DNA of 64,000 bases. Source: Tolypothrix carrinoi HA7290-LM1 (lineage in GTDB: Bacteria > Cyanobacteriota > Cyanobacteriia > Cyanobacteriales > Nostocaceae). This document shows, piece after piece, positions 20,577 to 30,993 of this stretch (the stretch's first letter is position 1; each line of letters opens with the position of its first letter). The notes below the pieces were generated by a model. It saw nothing but the letters and a program-made list of their open reading frames with translations. It had not been told where the DNA came from and ran no database searches. The position numbers and the translations under genes are program-made. Location: positions 37,120 to 101,119 of the forward strand of contig JAHHIK010000014.1 in assembly GCA_019358935.1 (NCBI GenBank), given 5' to 3'.

Positions 20577-21450
20577 TTGTGATTACCTTTTCCCAATTAC
20601 CAATTATCAATTACCAATGACCAATTACCAATTACCTTTTTCCCAATTTGTTGTTTCTGCCGAATGGTTGTTTGCACACCTTGACGATCCGCAAGTTGTG
20701 ATTGTGGATTGTCGGTTTTCACTTGCCGATCCAATTTTAGGACAACAGCAATATCAAGCAAGTCATATAAGTGGAGCTTACTATTTAGACTTAAACCAGG
20801 ATCTTTCTAGTTCTGTGGGAGAACATGGAGGAAGACATCCTTTACCTAACCCCGCTGATTTAGCGCAGAAGTTATCAGCAATGGGGGTGAAGTCAGACAC
20901 TTTAGTTGTAGCTTACGATGACTCCCGTCTTGCTTTTGCATCTCGTTTGTGGTGGCTTTTGCGTTATTTAGGACATGAACAAGTAGCTGTGCTTACAGGA
21001 GGGTTTGCGGGTTGGCAAAAAGCCGGGTATCCCGTCACAGATGTGATTCCCTCTCCTCGGATAGCAACATTCGTTCCACAGGTACAAACACAAATGGTGG
21101 TAGATAGGGAAGAAGTTAAAACTCGCAAAGATTTCTCAGGAGTAGTGTTGGTGGATTCACGGGAAAGCGATCGCTTTTCTGGCGAACGAGAACCAATTGA
21201 TAAAATTGCCGGACATATCAGCGGCGCTGTCAACTATCCTTGGCTAGAAGTTACAGATTCTTCAGGCTACCTACTTTCACCACAACAGCAAAGCGATCGC
21301 GCATCCAACCTTGAAAAAGCCGAGGAAATTATAGTTTATTGCGGTTCTGGCGTTACCGCTTGCGTGAATTTATTATCTTTAGAACTAGCCGGCATTAAAG
21401 GAGCTAAACTTTATGCTGGCAGTTGGAGTGATTGGATTAGTTATATGTAG
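20500..21450 (+). CDS. sseA: two-domain rhodanese / 3-mercaptopyruvate sulfurtransferase (true start probably ATG at 20617)
   Basis: HISGA, GRHPLP, RLWWLL, GHISGA, YCGSGVTAC, YAGSWSDW. Confidence 0.9.
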   Translation: MPNSLEINVKEPSAVTCGIKLSSFVICDYLFPITNYQLPMTNYQLPFSQFVVSAEWLFAHLDDPQVVIVDCRFSLADPILGQQQYQASHISGAYYLDLNQDLSSSVGEHGGRHPLPNPADLAQKLSAMGVKSDTLVVAYDDSRLAFASRLWWLLRYLGHEQVAVLTGGFAGWQKAGYPVTDVIPSPRIATFVPQVQTQMVVDREEVKTRKDFSGVVLVDSRESDRFSGEREPIDKIAGHISGAVNYPWLEVTDSSGYLLSPQQQSDRASNLEKAEEIIVYCGSGVTACVNLLSLELAGIKGAKLYAGSWSDWISYM

Positions 21451-21501
21451 TTAGGAGTTAAAAGTGAGGAGTTAGTCCTAACTTTTAACTCCTAACTTTT
21501 T

Positions 21502-23205
21502 TCAAAACTTACCTAATTCCCAATTGTAATTAAGAGTAAAGAACCAGCCATCAAAATTAATATTTTGGTCGGTAGAACCACCTAAGCTGACACCACCTTG
21601 CAAGCTGACATTAGTGGAGTCAGATATTCCATAAGTTAGGTGAGTATATAACCGATGATATTGGTCTTCTCGTTGGCGCAGCGTAAAGTCTGACAAATTA
21701 AACTGGTAGTCAAGACCAACTTGCAGCGATCTTAACCAGTAGTAGCTCAAAGAAAGTAACAAAGAATTGTTTATCCGATTACGACTGTCTGGATCGGCAA
21801 AATTAAAACGTAATTCATAAAAGCTGTCTAGCACCAACCTTTGAGTTAGGGGATCTCGCCGTCCTAAAGACAGACGCACAGAATTTTCATTTAAAAAGCG
21901 ATCGCCTGCCGAAAAGAAATCGCCATCCTTCGCATAAAACAACTGTTGATTGCTCCAACCGAGTTCACCATACATCCGCCGTGATAGCTGTTGATAAATA
22001 CTTAGATAGAATCTCACCTGGTTGTAATTAAATTGTGATTGATCTATATAAAAAATCAAATTGCCATCAATTCCCGCACTTAAATAAGTCTTAGGTCCCA
22101 AGGCTAAAGGTGCAGAGGCTAGTGTCAGCCCAGAAAAAACCAAGCCATCCTGTATGGGATCAACTTCTGACGAAAAAATATTATTTGTTGCAAAAAATCC
22201 CACATAACCTCGTAGGGAGCCTATGGGCTTAAACTTAGCCACAGGCTGTGCTGGCAGTGGCGGTTGTTCTACTGTTGGTGGTAATTGTATGGGTCTCGCC
22301 CGTATCTCAATTTCCGCAGAGCTATCATAATCAGGTATGGGTCTTGCCCGTATCTCAATTTCCGCAGAGCTATCTGATGGCGGTAATGTTTCTTTGCCCT
22401 CTTGCAGCCGACGTATGAGCCTGTCTAGTCTTTCGGAGTTAGTTAAAGGTGGTTTCTCCAACAATTGCTCTATTGGTGTTGGGGAAGTTTGGGGAAAATC
22501 GTTTGGCTGTCCTTCTAACTGTGGTGGCTCATTGCGCTGAACAGAAGTGCTAGGAATGTTTCTTGGTTCTTCCCTTGGTGGGGGATTTGGTGGATTTGGT
22601 GGATTTGGTGGCGGGGGATTTGGTGGCGGTGTGTCTTTTGGTGGCGGTTGCTGTGAGTATAAAAGCGAATTACAGACTGAGGAGCCAACGCCGTACGAAG
22701 ACCAGTTGTAGCCACTGGCGTTGCCCAGTTCAAGCCCATGATTAAAGTTAGCGGTTTCAGACGTTGTACTGAGTTGAAAGTACTTGATATTTTCTTTCTC
22801 AGCAGCGTAGACGCGAAGCGGTGAGGGGGTCGCAGTCAAGAGGACGCCACTTGCGTGACTGTCGGCACGCGATAGCGCAGTGGCTCCGCTTCCCGTCGAT
22901 TGCGATAGCGAAGCGTTAGCGAGTCTTCTCCCAAGGGGAGACGCCAAGGGCGAACGAGCGTCACCCCCTCTCCCGTTGGGCTTGTCGTCAGACATCGCTT
23001 TCAAATTAGTATTTTTATGACATGGCTGATGTGTTTCTTCTTTGACAGCCATAGATGATATGATTGATACGATCGCGTTGTTACGCTCCGGTGTATCTGA
23101 ATTTGCAGCTAGCGTCGCATCTACTTGGGTGATGCAACACCAGTTTGCACCACTGTACGCTAAGAAAGTCCAAAATAAGAGATTTTTCCGGAACTTGGGT
23201 TGCAT
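21502..23205 (-). CDS. predicted outer-membrane beta-barrel protein with long Pro-rich/disordered N-terminus
   Basis: Signal-like N-terminus; the last ~240 aa are alternating amphipathic strands ending FTLNYNWELGKF. Confidence 0.7.
   Translation of the reverse strand: MQPKFRKNLLFWTFLAYSGANWCCITQVDATLAANSDTPERNNAIVSIISSMAVKEETHQPCHKNTNLKAMSDDKPNGRGGDARSPLASPLGRRLANASLSQSTGSGATALSRADSHASGVLLTATPSPLRVYAAEKENIKYFQLSTTSETANFNHGLELGNASGYNWSSYGVGSSVCNSLLYSQQPPPKDTPPPNPPPPNPPNPPNPPPREEPRNIPSTSVQRNEPPQLEGQPNDFPQTSPTPIEQLLEKPPLTNSERLDRLIRRLQEGKETLPPSDSSAEIEIRARPIPDYDSSAEIEIRARPIQLPPTVEQPPLPAQPVAKFKPIGSLRGYVGFFATNNIFSSEVDPIQDGLVFSGLTLASAPLALGPKTYLSAGIDGNLIFYIDQSQFNYNQVRFYLSIYQQLSRRMYGELGWSNQQLFYAKDGDFFSAGDRFLNENSVRLSLGRRDPLTQRLVLDSFYELRFNFADPDSRNRINNSLLLSLSYYWLRSLQVGLDYQFNLSDFTLRQREDQYHRLYTHLTYGISDSTNVSLQGGVSLGGSTDQNINFDGWFFTLNYNWELGKF
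22808..22993. mobile_element. 186-bp nested small-dispersed-repeat composite inserted in a HIP1 site
   Basis: Flanked by GCG (22805-22807) and ATCGC (22994-22998); GC-rich and palindromic; in frame with the host CDS. Confidence 0.7.
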
Positions 23206-23558
23206 CTTTAATCGCGTTTGCCAAACTTAGACCCACAAGCTTACTAGGAAGTTTCTGCTAAAAATGTTAAATTTTTGAGCCAATTTAACGACGGTATAAG
23301 ACTTTCTCCTAAGTCATAAAAAAAAATGATAATTACTACACTTTCTTATTCAGTTAAATTATGAATTTATCTGAACAAGTTAAACGACATATGTAGTATA
23401 ATAGTACATTTACGTGTTTTACCTTTAAAGTTTTAAATAAAATTTAAGGAAATATGCGTAAATCAACTGGTTATAACAATTAGCAGGCTTAAACCTTTAA
23501 TATCAGAAGCTGTGTTGAACTGGCTTGGTATCAGTTAAATATTTAGAGATTCCAAACT

Positions 23559-25190
23559 ATGTTGCGTAAATTATTACCACTTTTAGTCATTGGTGTGTGG
23601 GGAATTACGGTGGTGTCTTTGCCTCTTGAGGCAAGTGCGACAACACCTCTAACTCGTGCGGAGATTGAAAAAATCCGCAACTTAGTGCAACTGAAGCCAA
23701 AAAATAGACAGCAGCGTCCGGCACGTTCATCAGATGCAATGTTTCCTGGGGATGGAGTGTCCACAGGTAGAGCTTCTCTAGCAGAGTTGCGTTTCAACGA
23801 TCGCTCTTTAGCACGAGTTGGAGAACAAGCAGTATTTCAATTTTTGCCGAAGACGCGAAACTTTAAATTGTCCAACGGGACTGTATTGCTACTCATCCCA
23901 CCCAAGCAAGGGCGAACACGTATACAAACGCCAAATGCAGCAGCAGCAATTCGCGGTTCCGCATTATTCGTGCGCTATGACGAACAAACAGATACTACAG
24001 TAGTTGGCGCACTGACAAATAGCGGTATTGAAGTTTCTAATAAAGATGCTTCCCAAAGTCGGGTTCTAGAAGCCGGACAGATGCTGGTTATAGTTAAAAA
24101 TAGAATTCAGGGATTATACGAGTTCGATCTGAGAAATTTTTATGAGAGGAGCGATTTAGTTCGGGGACTTGATTTGGCGAGAAAAACCGGTGAGCCTAGT
24201 CCAGATCCGGCGATCGCTCAAGTTCAAGAGGAAACCACCGCAGCTTTAGCAGCACAGAAGCCAATCACCGGCGCGGGAGTCATTGAAAACCCATCTTTTG
24301 TAAAGCTTACAGAGAGTTCGCCTACTTCGCCAAGTGCTGCCGATAACAACATTATTAATAACAATTCCGCAGTAGAACCCTTGGTGGACATAGGACAAAT
24401 CCTGTCAAATAACGATAAGAAAAAAGACAATTCAAGCGGATCTACACCCGTTACAAATCCACCGATTACAAATCCACCGATTACAACTCCACCGATTACA
24501 ACTCCACCGATTACAAATCCACCGGTTACAACTCCACCGATTACAACTCCACCGATTACAACTCCACCGACTACAACTCCACCGATTACAACTCCACCAG
24601 TTATACCTCCACAGTCTGAAAGTCCAGGAGAAAGACCACCAGTTACAACCCCACCGATTACAACTCCACCAGTTACAACTCCACCGGTTACAACTCCACC
24701 GATTACAACTCCACCGATTACAACTCCACCGATTACAACTCCACCGATTACAACTCCACCGATTACAACTCCACCGATTACAATTCCACCGATTACAACT
24801 CCACCGATTACAACTCCACCGATTACAACTCCACCGATTACAACTCCACCGATTACAATTCCACCGATTACAACTCCACCGATTACAACTCCACCGATTA
24901 CAATTCCACCGATTACAACTCCACCGATTACAACTCCACCGATTACAACTCCACCGATTACAACTCCACCGATTACAACTCCACCGATTACAACTCCACC
25001 GATTACAACTCCACCAGTTATAACTCCACCCCAGATAGAGTCACCTACAACTCCACCAGTTATAACTCCACCGATTACAACTCCACCGATTACAACTCCA
25101 CCAGTTATAACTCCACCCCAGATAGAGTCACCTACAACTCCACCAGTTACAACTCCACCAGTTATAACTCCAGTCAAACCAAGCACATGA
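23559..25190 (+). CDS. FecR-domain protein with long (TTPPI)n tail
   Basis: Signal peptide; FecR motif GDGVSTGRASLAELRFND...QTPNAAAAIRGS. Confidence 0.85.
   Translation: MLRKLLPLLVIGVWGITVVSLPLEASATTPLTRAEIEKIRNLVQLKPKNRQQRPARSSDAMFPGDGVSTGRASLAELRFNDRSLARVGEQAVFQFLPKTRNFKLSNGTVLLLIPPKQGRTRIQTPNAAAAIRGSALFVRYDEQTDTTVVGALTNSGIEVSNKDASQSRVLEAGQMLVIVKNRIQGLYEFDLRNFYERSDLVRGLDLARKTGEPSPDPAIAQVQEETTAALAAQKPITGAGVIENPSFVKLTESSPTSPSAADNNIINNNSAVEPLVDIGQILSNNDKKKDNSSGSTPVTNPPITNPPITTPPITTPPITNPPVTTPPITTPPITTPPTTTPPITTPPVIPPQSESPGERPPVTTPPITTPPVTTPPVTTPPITTPPITTPPITTPPITTPPITTPPITIPPITTPPITTPPITTPPITTPPITIPPITTPPITTPPITIPPITTPPITTPPITTPPITTPPITTPPITTPPITTPPVITPPQIESPTTPPVITPPITTPPITTPPVITPPQIESPTTPPVTTPPVITPVKPST
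24450..25172 (+). repeat. coding 15-bp minisatellite ACAACTCCACCGATT (more than 40 units)
   Basis: Directly visible tandem array. Confidence 0.95.
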
Positions 25191-25195
25191 AATTA

Positions 25196-25302
25196 TCCGA
25201 CTGAATCAAACATTCAGTCGGGTTAAGTGAAGAAACAATTCAAGCAAAGCTACTTTGCAGTTCGCATTTAGCGTTTCAATGCTGAAGTGCTAATTGCGAA
25301 CT
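25196..25302. terminator. two hairpins between convergent genes
   Basis: CCGACTGAAT..ATTCAGTCGG and AGTTCGCA..TGCGAACT. Confidence 0.55.
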
Positions 25303-25325
25303 TTAATTTATTGATGTCCAGCTAA

Positions 25326-27704
25326 CTAATTTTTTCTCTCGAATTTGTCAAATGGTCGTGGAAGAATTGATGTGGAAGATGGTGGTTGCGGGGTGTCTTC
25401 ATCTAGCCAAGGTGTGGTGGGAGTGTCTGTATCTTCTAAAGATAAAGTACTTGCCTCATAGTGTCTTTGTTTAGAACTTCTCAACTCATCAAGCGCTTCC
25501 AGAGCTAGGGATGCAGATTGATAGCGTTGTTTAAAGTCATCCAGCACCATTTTACTAAGAATCTGTGCCAAGGCGTGACTGACGTTTGCTTTGTCGATCC
25601 ATTTCAATTCTTCCTCTTCTCTATCTAATTCATGGGGATGTTTGCCAGTCAAGGCTTTAATACCAATCATCCCAACTGCATAGATATCACTACTGTATTG
25701 CGGACGCCCAAAACATTGTTCGTTTGGTGCATAACCTTTAGTACCAATACCGATGGTAAAGGCTGTTTGCTCTGGATTATCAAGCAGTTGTGTGGTGACT
25801 TTTTTAACGGCACCAAAGTCAATTAGTACGAGTTTACCGTCATCTCGGCGCATGATGTTGCTGGGTTTAATATCCCGATGAATTACGCCGTTGTCATGAA
25901 CAAATGCTAATGTTTGCAATAAGTCACGCAACATCTCGATAACTGCGGTTTCGGGTATGAGTCTACCTGCTGGAAGTTCCTGATTGAGAGGATGACCGAT
26001 TATGTATTCTTGAATTAAGTAAAATTCTTCGTCTTCTTCAAAATAAGCCAATAACTGAGGAATTTGGGGATGTGTTCCTAGTTTTTCTAAAGTTTCCGCT
26101 TCTGATTTAAACAAACGTCTGGCAATTTCTAAGCTTTCTGATTTGGTATTGCCTGGTTTTAACTGCTTAACAACACATAGCGGGTTTTGCGGACGTCTGG
26201 TATCTTCAGCAATGTAGGTTTCGCTGAATCCTCCTGATCCGAGAACTTTGACAATTTTGTAGCGTCCGTCAAGTATTTTACCCGCTATTGCTTTTTCTCT
26301 TTGCAGAAGCAGGTCTTGCAGGTCATCTTGCATACTGATAATTTCTTGGGCAAGATGATTAGATGCATGTTTCTGAAGAATATTAACTAATTGGCTTTTT
26401 CTTAACTTTTCTTTAGCTACTTCGGTTCCGAGATAAGAAAGTCCGATCGCACCCATCGCCATCATTGGCACTGTAGTCGGTAAAATTAACTGATTATATA
26501 AAAAAATAGAATAACTAATTCCGCCCCAAATCGTTGCTAGGGCACTCATCGCGAAAAATCTAATTATGCCTCGCTTGCTGCGAGTAACTATCAGCGCACA
26601 TCCACCAACTAACCCCAGCACAAACAATCCTTGCAGAAATGGATTTTTAATTGCTTGAGCGATCGCTTTTCCTTGCATTAAAGTGGCGATCGCATTCGCA
26701 TGAATTTCTACTCCTGCCATTTCTTTACTACTTGGGGCAGCAGCTACTGCATCATAATCATTACTTAACTCGTCGGTTGCCCCAATCAAAACTATTTTGT
26801 CTTTGAAAATTTTTCCTTGCTGTAAATAAGAGTTCCAATTTTCCGGATCGAGTACGTACCAGAAAGGAATATGCTCAAATGTACCCGCAGTTCCGTAAAA
26901 ATAAATGCGATCGCCTTTTGGTCGCGGATATTTCATGTTTGCTGCCCCTAGCACCGCTTCATCAAAAGATGGTATTTTATCTGCTGGGACAAAACCTTCG
27001 TTTTCGGCTAACAACTTGGGAAATTCACTTGCCAAGCGGTGTATCTTGCCATCTACCTCTAGAGGGAAATTTACTGAACCTATTGACACTGACCCGGTAC
27101 GAAACTGCGCTTGAGGCTGGGACAGTTGCCAAAATTTACCTTGATGTGTCTCAAAAGACTCGTAGAGTGCGCCTAAAGTAACTTTGTCGCCATAACGTTG
27201 CAAAGACTGTTGTAACTTTTGATCGTCGGCAGTATCCTCAAGATTTGCCTTATCAAATACTACATCTAATGCTACCGAGCGTGCCCCCGCTTTCATCAAT
27301 TTATCAATTACCTGGGCGTATGCCTCACGTTTATAAGGAAATTTTTGCAGCGGTTCAAAGTAGGCATACTGCTGCGGGTCTGCTTGATAGTATTGTCCAG
27401 GAGTTGATGTTGATTGATCGTCAATTGCCAATATCACGATATCTTCTGGCGGTGCCACAGAGCCGCGCATTTGATAAAAAGTAGAAAGTGCTTGACTTTC
27501 CATCAATTGCGTTAAACCCAAACCAGAAGCACTCAGCAATGCTGCACCTAATGCGGAAGTACCAGCAAGTAGATGACCTAAACGAGTCATCTGCTTTGAG
27601 AAACGTGCTAGTGCCGTCGCGGTCGTTTTTGTCGATTTACTTGACAGTCTATTGGCAGCAGAGACATAGTTTTTAGGTAAGGTAGATTTAGATTCTTCTG
27701 CCAT
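25326..27704 (-). CDS. CHASE2-domain membrane Ser/Thr protein kinase
   Basis: CHASE2 (IVILAIDD, GARSVALDVVF, KDKIVLIG, GVEIHANAI), three TM helices, kinase motifs GSGGFS, VVK, HRDIKPSN, DFG. Confidence 0.93.
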   Translation of the reverse strand: MAEESKSTLPKNYVSAANRLSSKSTKTTATALARFSKQMTRLGHLLAGTSALGAALLSASGLGLTQLMESQALSTFYQMRGSVAPPEDIVILAIDDQSTSTPGQYYQADPQQYAYFEPLQKFPYKREAYAQVIDKLMKAGARSVALDVVFDKANLEDTADDQKLQQSLQRYGDKVTLGALYESFETHQGKFWQLSQPQAQFRTGSVSIGSVNFPLEVDGKIHRLASEFPKLLAENEGFVPADKIPSFDEAVLGAANMKYPRPKGDRIYFYGTAGTFEHIPFWYVLDPENWNSYLQQGKIFKDKIVLIGATDELSNDYDAVAAAPSSKEMAGVEIHANAIATLMQGKAIAQAIKNPFLQGLFVLGLVGGCALIVTRSKRGIIRFFAMSALATIWGGISYSIFLYNQLILPTTVPMMAMGAIGLSYLGTEVAKEKLRKSQLVNILQKHASNHLAQEIISMQDDLQDLLLQREKAIAGKILDGRYKIVKVLGSGGFSETYIAEDTRRPQNPLCVVKQLKPGNTKSESLEIARRLFKSEAETLEKLGTHPQIPQLLAYFEEDEEFYLIQEYIIGHPLNQELPAGRLIPETAVIEMLRDLLQTLAFVHDNGVIHRDIKPSNIMRRDDGKLVLIDFGAVKKVTTQLLDNPEQTAFTIGIGTKGYAPNEQCFGRPQYSSDIYAVGMIGIKALTGKHPHELDREEEELKWIDKANVSHALAQILSKMVLDDFKQRYQSASLALEALDELRSSKQRHYEASTLSLEDTDTPTTPWLDEDTPQPPSSTSILPRPFDKFERKN

Positions 27705-28645
27705 ATCGTGTTATTCATAGATTTACGTACATGATTTTATTTATTTACACCCTGTTATAGTCCCACTATCTTGACATAATACTTAAATGAAAAACTTATA
27801 CATTTGTAACTTATTCTTTATTTTTTACCAAATCGTAAGTAAAGCTCTTATATAAAGCCATAAACGAAACATAGCTTCATATATTTTAGTAACGCAAGTG
27901 ATTATATATGATTGTTCCACTAGAGTAGCTTGGTTCGGTTACAACGAGCGTGTATGCTCAATTCTCGCATACCTTCTTTGCTTGGGGTGATGAGCGGATG
28001 TGCATTCGTGACGGTGCTGGGCTAAAGCTCGAGAGTGCTCATGTCTGGCATCCTTAAAGAGATAGACACGGGACTAAAAGTGCAAATCCGTTAATCTAGC
28101 GGTTGAAGTAGCTTTAAAGGCGTGTTGTCAATTGCTTTAAAGACAAAATCTATAGATAACGATGATTATATCCTACTCCCAGCCTACGCATACCTCTTTA
28201 GGAGTAAACTTAACTGTTATATGGCTAATAAAGGTGTTATTAAGTCAATTTTATTGGTAGATTTTGATTATCAGGTATTTATTGTAGAGGTGTTCCATAA
28301 AAATAAAGCGTTTTCTGGTGTGTGTTAGAGAGTGTTGGTGGGGTATTGAAGATTTAGGATGAACTTGATCGCATTTATTTCTTCTCCCTTGGCGCTAGCC
28401 TCTCCCAAAGGGAGAAGGAAAGACGCGTTACTCCAGGCATTATGCTACCTGGAGTAAAAAAGGTTCAGCACCCAATTGAAAGCCCACTTGAATGTTTCAG
28501 CCGATTTTATCAATTGAAAGAGGTAACGTCAAAGCTAGAAATGACGATATAGTTTATAGATATTAGCAAATTTATCATTTTATTATTGCTATAATCTATT
28601 GTTCAATCTAAATGCTTTTCTATATATATTAGGTGTAACTTTACT

Positions 28646-29167
28646 ATGGGTTCTCCAATGAATCGTCTATCTATTTTTGTAGATGGAAACAATATGTTCT
28701 ATGCTCAACAAAAAAATGGCTGGTTTTTTGATCCGCGACGCGTCTTAGAATATTTTAGAAACGAGAATCACGAAACAGCCTTAATCAATGCCTTTTGGTA
28801 CACTGGCTTAAAAGACCCACAAGATCAGCGAGGGTTTAGGGATGCTCTAATCAGTTTGGGATATACAGTCAGAACTAAAATTCTCAAAGAATATTATGAT
28901 GATTCCTCCGGTCGTTATTCACAAAAAGCAAATTTAGATATAGAAATTGTTGTAGATATGTTTAATACTGTAGATCAATACGACCGAGTAGTTTTATTTA
29001 GTGGTGATGGAGATTTTGAAAGAGCAATAGAATTATTAAGAGGAAAAAATACTTATATAACAGTAGTATCGACAGAAGGAATGATAGCCAGAGAGTTACG
29101 TAATGCTACTGATAGATATATAGATTTGAACGATATCCGGGATAAAATAGAAAAAACTGAAGGTTGA
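28646..29167 (+). CDS. labA: NYN/DUF88 protein LabA (circadian feedback regulator homolog)
   Basis: IFVDGNNMFYAQQKNGWFFDPRRVL, SGDGDF, ARELRNATDRYIDL. Confidence 0.85.
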   Translation: MGSPMNRLSIFVDGNNMFYAQQKNGWFFDPRRVLEYFRNENHETALINAFWYTGLKDPQDQRGFRDALISLGYTVRTKILKEYYDDSSGRYSQKANLDIEIVVDMFNTVDQYDRVVLFSGDGDFERAIELLRGKNTYITVVSTEGMIARELRNATDRYIDLNDIRDKIEKTEG

Positions 29168-29255
29168 TATTCTTAGCAATTATTTACAAATCAGGAGTAA
29201 AGAAAATTAATATTAAAGATATTTCCAAAGAAAAAGTAGAAACGCTAATAATGAG

Positions 29256-30863
29256 ATGAAAATGAACAACTCTGAGAGAATTATCATTTTTGATACGACC
29301 CTGCGAGATGGCGAGCAGTGTCCGGGTGCAACTTTGAATATAGACGAAAAGCTGGCGATCGCCAAGCAGCTAGCACGTCTTGGAGTAGATGTCATCGAAG
29401 CGGGTTTCGCTTTTGCCAGTCCTGGAGATTTTCAGGCAGTCAGCAAAATCGCGGAAACTGTCGGACAAGAAAATGGTCCGGTAATTTGTAGTTTGGCAAG
29501 AGCGATTAAAGCTGATATTGAAGCTGCCGCACAAGCATTAAAACCAGCAGCCAAAGGCAGAATTCACACGTTTATTTCTACGTCTGATATCCATTTAGAG
29601 TATCAGCTCAGAAAGTCACGCTCAGAAGTATTGGCGATCGCCGAAGAAATGGTAGCTTATGCCAAAAGCTTCATGGCAGATGTAGAATTTTCGCCGATGG
29701 ATGCTGTGCGTTCCGATCCAGAATTTCTTTACCAAGTATTAGAACGAGCGATCGCAGCTGGGGCAACAACAGTTAACATTCCGGACACAGTGGGTTATAC
29801 TACCCCCAGCGAATTTGGAGCGCTAATTAAGGGAATTAAAGAAAATGTTCCCAACATCGACAGCGCGATTATTTCCGTTCACGGACATAATGATTTAGGC
29901 TTGGCAGTTGCTAACTTCCTAGAAGCTGTAAAAAATGGCGCAAGGCAGTTAGAATGTACGATCAACGGAATTGGTGAACGTGCAGGAAATGCCTCGCTAG
30001 AAGAATTAGTTATGGCGTTGCATGTCCGACGACAATATTTTAATCCGTTCTTAGGAAGACCAATTGAATCCGAAGAATCACTGACAAATATTGACACTCG
30101 TCAAATTTATAAAACATCGCGCTTAGTTTCCAATTTGACGGGAATGTTAGTGCAAGCAAATAAAGCAATAGTCGGCGCAAATGCTTTTGCTCACGAGTCT
30201 GGAATTCATCAAGATGGTGTGCTAAAAAACAAGCTCACCTATGAAATTATGGATGCTCAATTGATTGGATTGACAGACAATCAAATCGTTTTGGGTAAAC
30301 ATTCAGGCAGAAATGCTTTCCGTACTCGGTTGAAAGAATTGGGCTTTGAACTTTCAGAAAGCGAGTTAAACAAAGCATTTGTTAGGTTCAAAGAAGTAGC
30401 CGATAAAAAGAAAGAAATTTCTGATTGGGATTTGGAAGCGATCGTTAACGATGAGATTCAACAAGCACCCGATTTGTTTAAATTAGAGTTGGTGCAAGTT
30501 TCGAGTGGCGATCGCGCACGTCCTACCGCAACTGTCACCCTCCGCACCCCAGAAGGTGAAGAATTAACTGACGCAGCGATCGGTACAGGACCCGTAGATG
30601 CAGTTTATAAAGCAATTAACCGCGTCGTTAACGTCCCAAATCAGTTAATTGAGTTTTCCGTACAGTCGGTAACAGAAGGCATTGATGCTTTAGGGGAAGT
30701 AACCATCCGCCTGCGGTATGAATCTCAAGTATTTGCCGGACATGCGGCGAATACAGACATCATCGTTGCCTCCGCTCAAGCTTACGTAAATGCACTGAAT
30801 AGATTGTATGCTTATTTGCGGCAATCCCAGAAGCAAGAACAGGTAACTGCCCAGCAAATTTAA
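29256..30863 (+). CDS. leuA: 2-isopropylmalate synthase
   Basis: [31 protein letters not shown], regulatory domain GTGPVDA. Confidence 0.97.
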   Translation: MKMNNSERIIIFDTTLRDGEQCPGATLNIDEKLAIAKQLARLGVDVIEAGFAFASPGDFQAVSKIAETVGQENGPVICSLARAIKADIEAAAQALKPAAKGRIHTFISTSDIHLEYQLRKSRSEVLAIAEEMVAYAKSFMADVEFSPMDAVRSDPEFLYQVLERAIAAGATTVNIPDTVGYTTPSEFGALIKGIKENVPNIDSAIISVHGHNDLGLAVANFLEAVKNGARQLECTINGIGERAGNASLEELVMALHVRRQYFNPFLGRPIESEESLTNIDTRQIYKTSRLVSNLTGMLVQANKAIVGANAFAHESGIHQDGVLKNKLTYEIMDAQLIGLTDNQIVLGKHSGRNAFRTRLKELGFELSESELNKAFVRFKEVADKKKEISDWDLEAIVNDEIQQAPDLFKLELVQVSSGDRARPTATVTLRTPEGEELTDAAIGTGPVDAVYKAINRVVNVPNQLIEFSVQSVTEGIDALGEVTIRLRYESQVFAGHAANTDIIVASAQAYVNALNRLYAYLRQSQKQEQVTAQQI

Positions 30864-30876
30864 TACAATATTTGCC

Positions 30877-30993
30877 GTAGAGACGTTCCATCGGAACGTC
30901 TCTACAATACGTCGATAAATTCAACGCCGTGATTATAACTTCGTAGTCAGGACTGAAGTCCTCATCTAAGAAAAGGACTTCAGTCCTTACTAC
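30877..30993. repeat. two GTAG-initiated palindromes (30877-30905 and 30943-30993)
   Basis: GTAGAGACGTTCC-atc-GGAACGTCTCTAC and GTAGTCAGGACTGAAGTCCT...AGGACTTCAGTCCTTACTAC. Confidence 0.8.

Noticed and set aside
24224..25186. 320-aa antisense (GGVVI)n ORF, or a CRISPR-like array
   Set aside because: Antisense shadow of the coding minisatellite; no unique spacers and no cas genes.
27900..28330. Possible ncRNA or small ORF in the long intergenic region before labA
   Set aside because: No recognisable RNA family or convincing ORF by eye; an Rfam search would be needed.
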